This document shows positions 59,530 through 64,000 of a stretch of DNA of 64,000 bases, piece by piece (the stretch's first letter is position 1; each line of letters begins with the position of its first letter). The DNA is taken from positions 52,161 to 116,160 of the forward strand of contig RDOA01000006.1 in the NCBI GenBank assembly GCA_011364925.1, given 5' to 3'. Source of the stretch: Promethearchaeota archaeon. GTDB taxonomy: Archaea; Asgardarchaeota; Lokiarchaeia; Sigyniarchaeales; SOKP01. The notes beneath the pieces were generated by a model. That model made no database searches. It was not told the origin of the DNA and saw only the letters and a program-made list of their open reading frames with translations. Made by a program: the position numbers and the translations under genes.

Positions 59530-61587
59530 ATATTAAGACAAGTTTACATCTACAAGGAAGGTAAATTACTTTATTATCGACATTTTGGAAAAGCTCTTAA
59601 AAAAGCAGTCTTCGAGTCTTTAGTTGGAGATTTAATGAAAGATGCTTTTTCTAAAAGTGGAACTCAAGTAGAATACCACGATTATTACAAATATAGAATC
59701 TCCTATATTACAGAAAAAGAACTGGATTTGATGTTTTTATTTGTAACTGGATTGACAGATAATTTTGACAATATTAAGAAAGAATTAATAAAGTGTAAAA
59801 AAGAGTTCTTGAATCTATTTGAAGATATTCTCCAACATAAGTTTGACGCTAAAACTTTTGAGATTTTTGATACTACTATTGACTCAATTCATAGAAATTT
59901 GAGACCTAAAATCTCCCTAGTAGGCTTTTCTGGCGTTGGAAAAACCACGATAACCCGTTTGATTAAAGCTGAAGAAATCCCAGTGGAACATATTCCTACT
60001 ATTACAGGAGATATAGCTACGATTAAAATTGGAAAATTGCACTTTCATTTATGGGATTTTGCAGGACAAGAGCAATTCAGTTATTTATGGAACAATTTTA
60101 TCAAGGGAAGTGATGCGGTCCTATTAATTACTGATTCAAGCTTAGAAAATGTTGAAAAGAGTAAATTTTTCTTGGAACTTATTAAAGAACAAGCTGCACA
60201 AGCTCATACCTCAGTTATTGGAAACAAGCAAGATCTTGATAACGCTATGAAACCTGAACAAATTGAAAAGATCTTAGGCTTAAAAACATATTCTATGATA
60301 GCAAAAGATCAAGGAAACCGGGATAAGATGATAACAATTATTGCTGATATATTAGAGATGAGTGCAGAAGTTTCACCTCTATTGCAACCGCTTTTAGAAC
60401 GAGATACGTACACTGAAAAAGCAGTAAAAGCATTGGAAGACGCAAAATTTGAAGAAGCAGTAGCCTATTTTGAAAAGATTAGTGACTTATGTATAGAATT
60501 AGGAGATGATTCTCTTGGAAAAGAATTCGATGAGAAGGCTCAAAAAATAAAAAAAATGCTCCAACAAGCAAGTAAATCCCAAGAGATCTTAGTTAAGGAA
60601 CCTATAACTATTGAATCTGAAAATGAAATACAACAAACTAAACCAAAAGCAGAACAGCCTTCACCGAAAACAGAACCATCTCCACTAAAGGCAGAAATTC
60701 AATCACCGAAAGCAGAATCTACAATACCAACAAAAATACCTCCTAAAATTAAGGAACCTAAGATATCTGAGCCCTCAAAAGTCAGCGGTTTTGTAAAAAC
60801 AAAAGCTCCTACTGTTGTTCCTCCACCAGCTAGCCCTCCTCAAAAAAAAATCGAAGAAAAAGCAGAGGAACCCGCAGTTGAACAACCAGATTCAGAGGAA
60901 ATAGTTGTTGCTCCACCACAACCGACAGAGATTAAGCAATCGGAAGTTCAAAATGAAGTAAAATCGTCTAAACCCGAGATTATGATAAAGTCTAAAAATC
61001 AGCAAGCAGATATAGGATTAAATTTAAATCCCGAAGATTTTATGGTCAAACAACGCCCTAAAACCGTAACAACTGTGCCTATAGATGCGAAGAACAAGTT
61101 AAAAACTTCTCCATTTGCCCATGTATCAAATCCAGTGGAACCTAAAGCACCCATTCCAATTTCCTCTCCAGAAAATCTAAAATCAAAACCTCTTTCTGGT
61201 TTCGTACCACCTAGTGAGAGTGAAAAACCAATAGCGCAACCCAAACCAGACATACCGAAGCCAGAAAAGAGTGAAACTGCAAATAAATTTGCTAAGGATT
61301 CAACTGCTTCAATTTTACCTCCGAAATCACAAAAAGCAGAACCTCACCCTTTACCAATCCCAACGGAAACTGTTACTATACACCAAAGAGCTGAATTAGA
61401 AAAATATTTAATTGATTTAAGAATAAAAAAGGCTAATCTTACTAAAATGTCATTAGATTATGATATGCAAGAACTTACGGGTGAAATAACACCAGAAGAA
61501 CTTGAGACTAAGAAACAGAAATTAAGAATTATTGAAAGTTCTATTGAACAGCAAATCAAGGATCTGGAGAAACTTTTAGGGAGTTAA
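59530..61587 (+). CDS. Longin-like domain + Arf-like small GTPase + helical hairpin + Pro-rich linker + C-terminal coiled coil (probable ATA start)
   Basis: Extended N-terminus (M)LRQVYIYKEGKLLYYRHFG; GFSGVGKTT, PTI, WDFAGQ, NKQD; long P/E/K/S-rich region. Confidence 0.8.
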   Translation: MLRQVYIYKEGKLLYYRHFGKALKKAVFESLVGDLMKDAFSKSGTQVEYHDYYKYRISYITEKELDLMFLFVTGLTDNFDNIKKELIKCKKEFLNLFEDILQHKFDAKTFEIFDTTIDSIHRNLRPKISLVGFSGVGKTTITRLIKAEEIPVEHIPTITGDIATIKIGKLHFHLWDFAGQEQFSYLWNNFIKGSDAVLLITDSSLENVEKSKFFLELIKEQAAQAHTSVIGNKQDLDNAMKPEQIEKILGLKTYSMIAKDQGNRDKMITIIADILEMSAEVSPLLQPLLERDTYTEKAVKALEDAKFEEAVAYFEKISDLCIELGDDSLGKEFDEKAQKIKKMLQQASKSQEILVKEPITIESENEIQQTKPKAEQPSPKTEPSPLKAEIQSPKAESTIPTKIPPKIKEPKISEPSKVSGFVKTKAPTVVPPPASPPQKKIEEKAEEPAVEQPDSEEIVVAPPQPTEIKQSEVQNEVKSSKPEIMIKSKNQQADIGLNLNPEDFMVKQRPKTVTTVPIDAKNKLKTSPFAHVSNPVEPKAPIPISSPENLKSKPLSGFVPPSESEKPIAQPKPDIPKPEKSETANKFAKDSTASILPPKSQKAEPHPLPIPTETVTIHQRAELEKYLIDLRIKKANLTKMSLDYDMQELTGEITPEELETKKQKLRIIESSIEQQIKDLEKLLGS
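60643..60720 (+). repeat. Degenerate 21-nt (7-aa) tandem coding repeat
   Basis: PKAEQPS-PKTEPSP-LKAEIQS-PKAES; TCACCGAAA recurs 42 nt apart. Confidence 0.6.
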
Positions 61588-61720
61588 AAAATTTACTCCG
61601 ATTTATAAAAACCAAATATAATTTAAAATAATTATTTGTATTCTTATAAAAAGATTTTTTTTGTATTTTTACTTAAAAAAGTTAAGTCTCCTTAAGAAAT
61701 TTTGTATACAGGTGTATTTT

Positions 61721-63184
61721 TTGACTCCAATTGTAATCATGAAATTTGGTGGAAGTTGTTTAATAGATAAGAGTGCTTTTAATAGAATCCTTGAGATCAT
61801 AAAGATCTATAAAAATGAAAAAAAAATTATTGTCACCTCTGCATTTAATGGCATAACAGATTTACTGCTAAATACTGCGCGTAATGTCAATAATCCTAAT
61901 GTTCTGGACGATAATATGGCAGTTTTAGAAAACAAGCATTTTAATACTATAGAACAAATCTTTGATGAGGATTCAGAACCTTTTCTAAAAGCAAAAATCT
62001 GGGTTGATAAAAAACTAAGCGAATTAGAAGACACATTTGCTGATATTAAAGAATTTGGATTAGAACCATATTATCAAGATTATGTCTTAAGTTTTGGGGA
62101 AATTCTATCGACATATATCTTAAACCAATATCTCATAAGTAAAGAGCTGGATTCTGTATACATTCCTGCAAATAAACTTATCATCACAAACGATGAGTTT
62201 AACAACGCATACCCATTCTATGAATTTACAAACCAAAGAGTCCAGGAGTTATTGATCCCAATGCTTGAAAATCCTCAAAAAGATACAATAATCTGTATAA
62301 CGGGATTTATTGGAAGGAATAAAATTGGGTATACCACCACATTAGGAAGAGGTGGCTCCGATTACTCTGCCACTATTTTAGCTCATTCTATCTATGAAAC
62401 AGCAGAAGATAAAAATATTAAAGTTATTTTATGGAAAGATGTGGATGGATTAATGGCGATTAATCCGAAATACATTCCTAAATCAACTCTGATTAGGAGT
62501 TTAGATTACAAAGAGGCAAAGCATATAGCTAATTTTGGAGCAAAAATTCTCCACCCAAAATGTCTTGAAGCAATTGAGAAATTAAAAATTCCAATTGAAC
62601 TAAGAAATTTTAGTAATCCATTAGAAAAAATTGAATTCACTGAAATTTCTGAACATACAGACAAAAACGAGATCAAGGGGATTTCTACGGTAGAAGACGC
62701 TGTGATAATAACTATTGTTTCAGGAAGTTTAGTCGATGTTCCAGGTGTTTTAGCAAAAATATTTAAAGTTATGAGCAAAAATAAAATAAGTGTTTCTTTA
62801 GTAGCTCAAAGTGCTTCTGAAATAAGTACATCGTTTATCGTAAAAGAAGATGAATCCAAGAGAGCTGTGGAGGCACTTTATAATTCAGGATATTTTTCTG
62901 ATTTTTTTGAGATTAAATCTGAACAAGTCGCCATTATCAATATTACTGGATTTAAAATATTAGAGAACTCCACTAAAGTTAAGATATTTCAAGCCTTAGA
63001 AAAGAAAGATATTCATGTAAAAGCATTAACACAAAGTACTGAAGAATTAAATCTCTCATTGGTTGTTAGTAGAAGAGATGTAATTAATGCTATTGCCATA
63101 TTTCACGATGACTTATGTGAAGATTTTGAACATAAGTTGAATAATAATAACAAGATGGAACTTTGTAGGAGTAATACAAATTAG
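61721..63184 (+). CDS. lysC: Aspartate kinase
   Basis: MKFGGS, VTSA..G.TD, TTLGRGGSDYSA, DVDG...NP, FGAKILHP, two ACT domains. TTG start after GGTG. Confidence 0.95.
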   Translation: MTPIVIMKFGGSCLIDKSAFNRILEIIKIYKNEKKIIVTSAFNGITDLLLNTARNVNNPNVLDDNMAVLENKHFNTIEQIFDEDSEPFLKAKIWVDKKLSELEDTFADIKEFGLEPYYQDYVLSFGEILSTYILNQYLISKELDSVYIPANKLIITNDEFNNAYPFYEFTNQRVQELLIPMLENPQKDTIICITGFIGRNKIGYTTTLGRGGSDYSATILAHSIYETAEDKNIKVILWKDVDGLMAINPKYIPKSTLIRSLDYKEAKHIANFGAKILHPKCLEAIEKLKIPIELRNFSNPLEKIEFTEISEHTDKNEIKGISTVEDAVIITIVSGSLVDVPGVLAKIFKVMSKNKISVSLVAQSASEISTSFIVKEDESKRAVEALYNSGYFSDFFEIKSEQVAIINITGFKILENSTKVKIFQALEKKDIHVKALTQSTEELNLSLVVSRRDVINAIAIFHDDLCEDFEHKLNNNNKMELCRSNTN

Positions 63185-63202
63185 AAAAATTTAGATTAAA
63201 AT

Positions 63203-63730
63203 TTACTGACTCCTTGATTCAACTATTCTACGAGTGAGTTCAGTAAAAGCATCATCAACATTTATCCCTGTTTTAGCAGATGTTTCTATATAAATACTAC
63301 CTTCCCTTTCGGCAAAAGTTCTTGCTTCTTCTCGATCAATTACTTCTCCTACATCTTCGAGGAGATCTACTTTATTACCAATTAGAACAAACGGAATGTT
63401 TTCATTACTGAACTGTCGAATTTCAGTGAGCCATTTCCTTGTTTCTAGATAGGTCTGCTCCCGAGTTAGGTCGAAAACCAATAAGGCGCCAGCCGCACCT
63501 TTATAAAAAGTCGATCTTATGAACTCAAACCTTTGTTGCCCTCCAATATCCCATATTGAAAGCGTTGCAACCTCTCCGGGTTTAAACTCCACATCTTTGG
63601 TGAGGATGTCTACTCCGACCGTTAACTTGTAATTCGCAGCAAATCGGTTTTTGATAAACCTCTGAACGAGACTCGTCTTTCCAACAGCGGCGGCTCCCGT
63701 AAGTAAAACTTTTAACTTAAAACTTGACAT
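63203..63730 (-). CDS. Rab-like small GTPase
   Basis: GAAAVGKT, TVGVD, IWDIGGQQRF, FYKGA, LVFDLT, GNKVD, ETSAKTG. No C-terminal Cys motif. Confidence 0.92.
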   Translation of the reverse strand: MSSFKLKVLLTGAAAVGKTSLVQRFIKNRFAANYKLTVGVDILTKDVEFKPGEVATLSIWDIGGQQRFEFIRSTFYKGAAGALLVFDLTREQTYLETRKWLTEIRQFSNENIPFVLIGNKVDLLEDVGEVIDREEARTFAEREGSIYIETSAKTGINVDDAFTELTRRIVESRSQ

Positions 63731-64000
63731 AGAAGACCTCTACCTTGAATAATGTTCTATTACTTTTAAAAATTTCAATATTGAAAGATATTATCTTTAT
63801 TATTAAATTCTATTTATTTATTTCTTTTTAAAATTTAAATACCGTTTCGATTAAAAATTTAATATATTTATCTTTTAAATACTTTTATACTCTTTTTCAA
63901 TAATGAATTATAAAATTTTAGAGTATTCTGTTATTTTCTTTAAATTCTATAAGAAGTTCTGTTTCAAAATGCTGTATAATAGCTAATTTACCTTTTTAAC

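Noticed and set aside
642-62778. Many short (60-135 aa) ORFs antisense to or nested within the long genes
   Set aside because: They overlap well-supported CDSs, have no motifs and show the composition expected of antisense shadows.
1-64000. CRISPR arrays, tRNA/rRNA genes, transposases or integrases
   Set aside because: No regularly spaced repeats, GC-rich structured RNA segments or recombinase motifs were seen. Small RNAs cannot be excluded by eye.

Overview
AT-rich archaeal window, most likely from an Asgard (Lokiarchaeia-like) genome. This is inferred from archaeal-type PheT and IleRS together with roadblock, longin-Arf-like, Rab-like and E2-like/RING proteins. It opens with pheS(3' end)-pheT-pheA and a bacterial-type RNase PH. 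Positions ~4.4-58.1 kb form a very large surface-glycan biosynthesis and modification region: GT2/GT4 transferases, two flippases, a GT-C-like membrane protein, nucleotide-sugar SDRs, a nonulosonic-acid module, methyl/acetyl/pyruvyl-type modifiers and four cytoplasmic alkaline-phosphatase-superfamily (AlkP) enzymes. ileS and a protein with four E2-like folds plus a RING-variant domain interrupt this region. The window ends with UPF0280, a roadblock + longin-GTPase pair, aspartokinase and a Rab-like GTPase. Main leads: (1) a palindrome-preceded RHH-sat-AlkP-cysC operon that makes PAPS, with no recognisable sulfotransferase in the window. The 'RLxxLGY' tail typical of AlkP/sulfatase proteins sits on the small RHH protein and is missing from all four AlkP enzymes, suggesting a candidate non-canonical glycan sulfation relay. 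(2) A FANCL-like ubiquitin E3 architecture. (3) Recurrent SD-supported ATA/ATT start codons. (4) A nonulosonate pathway with no aminotransferase in the window. No tRNA, rRNA, CRISPR array or mobile element was seen. All calls come from reading motifs by eye; no database searches were run.
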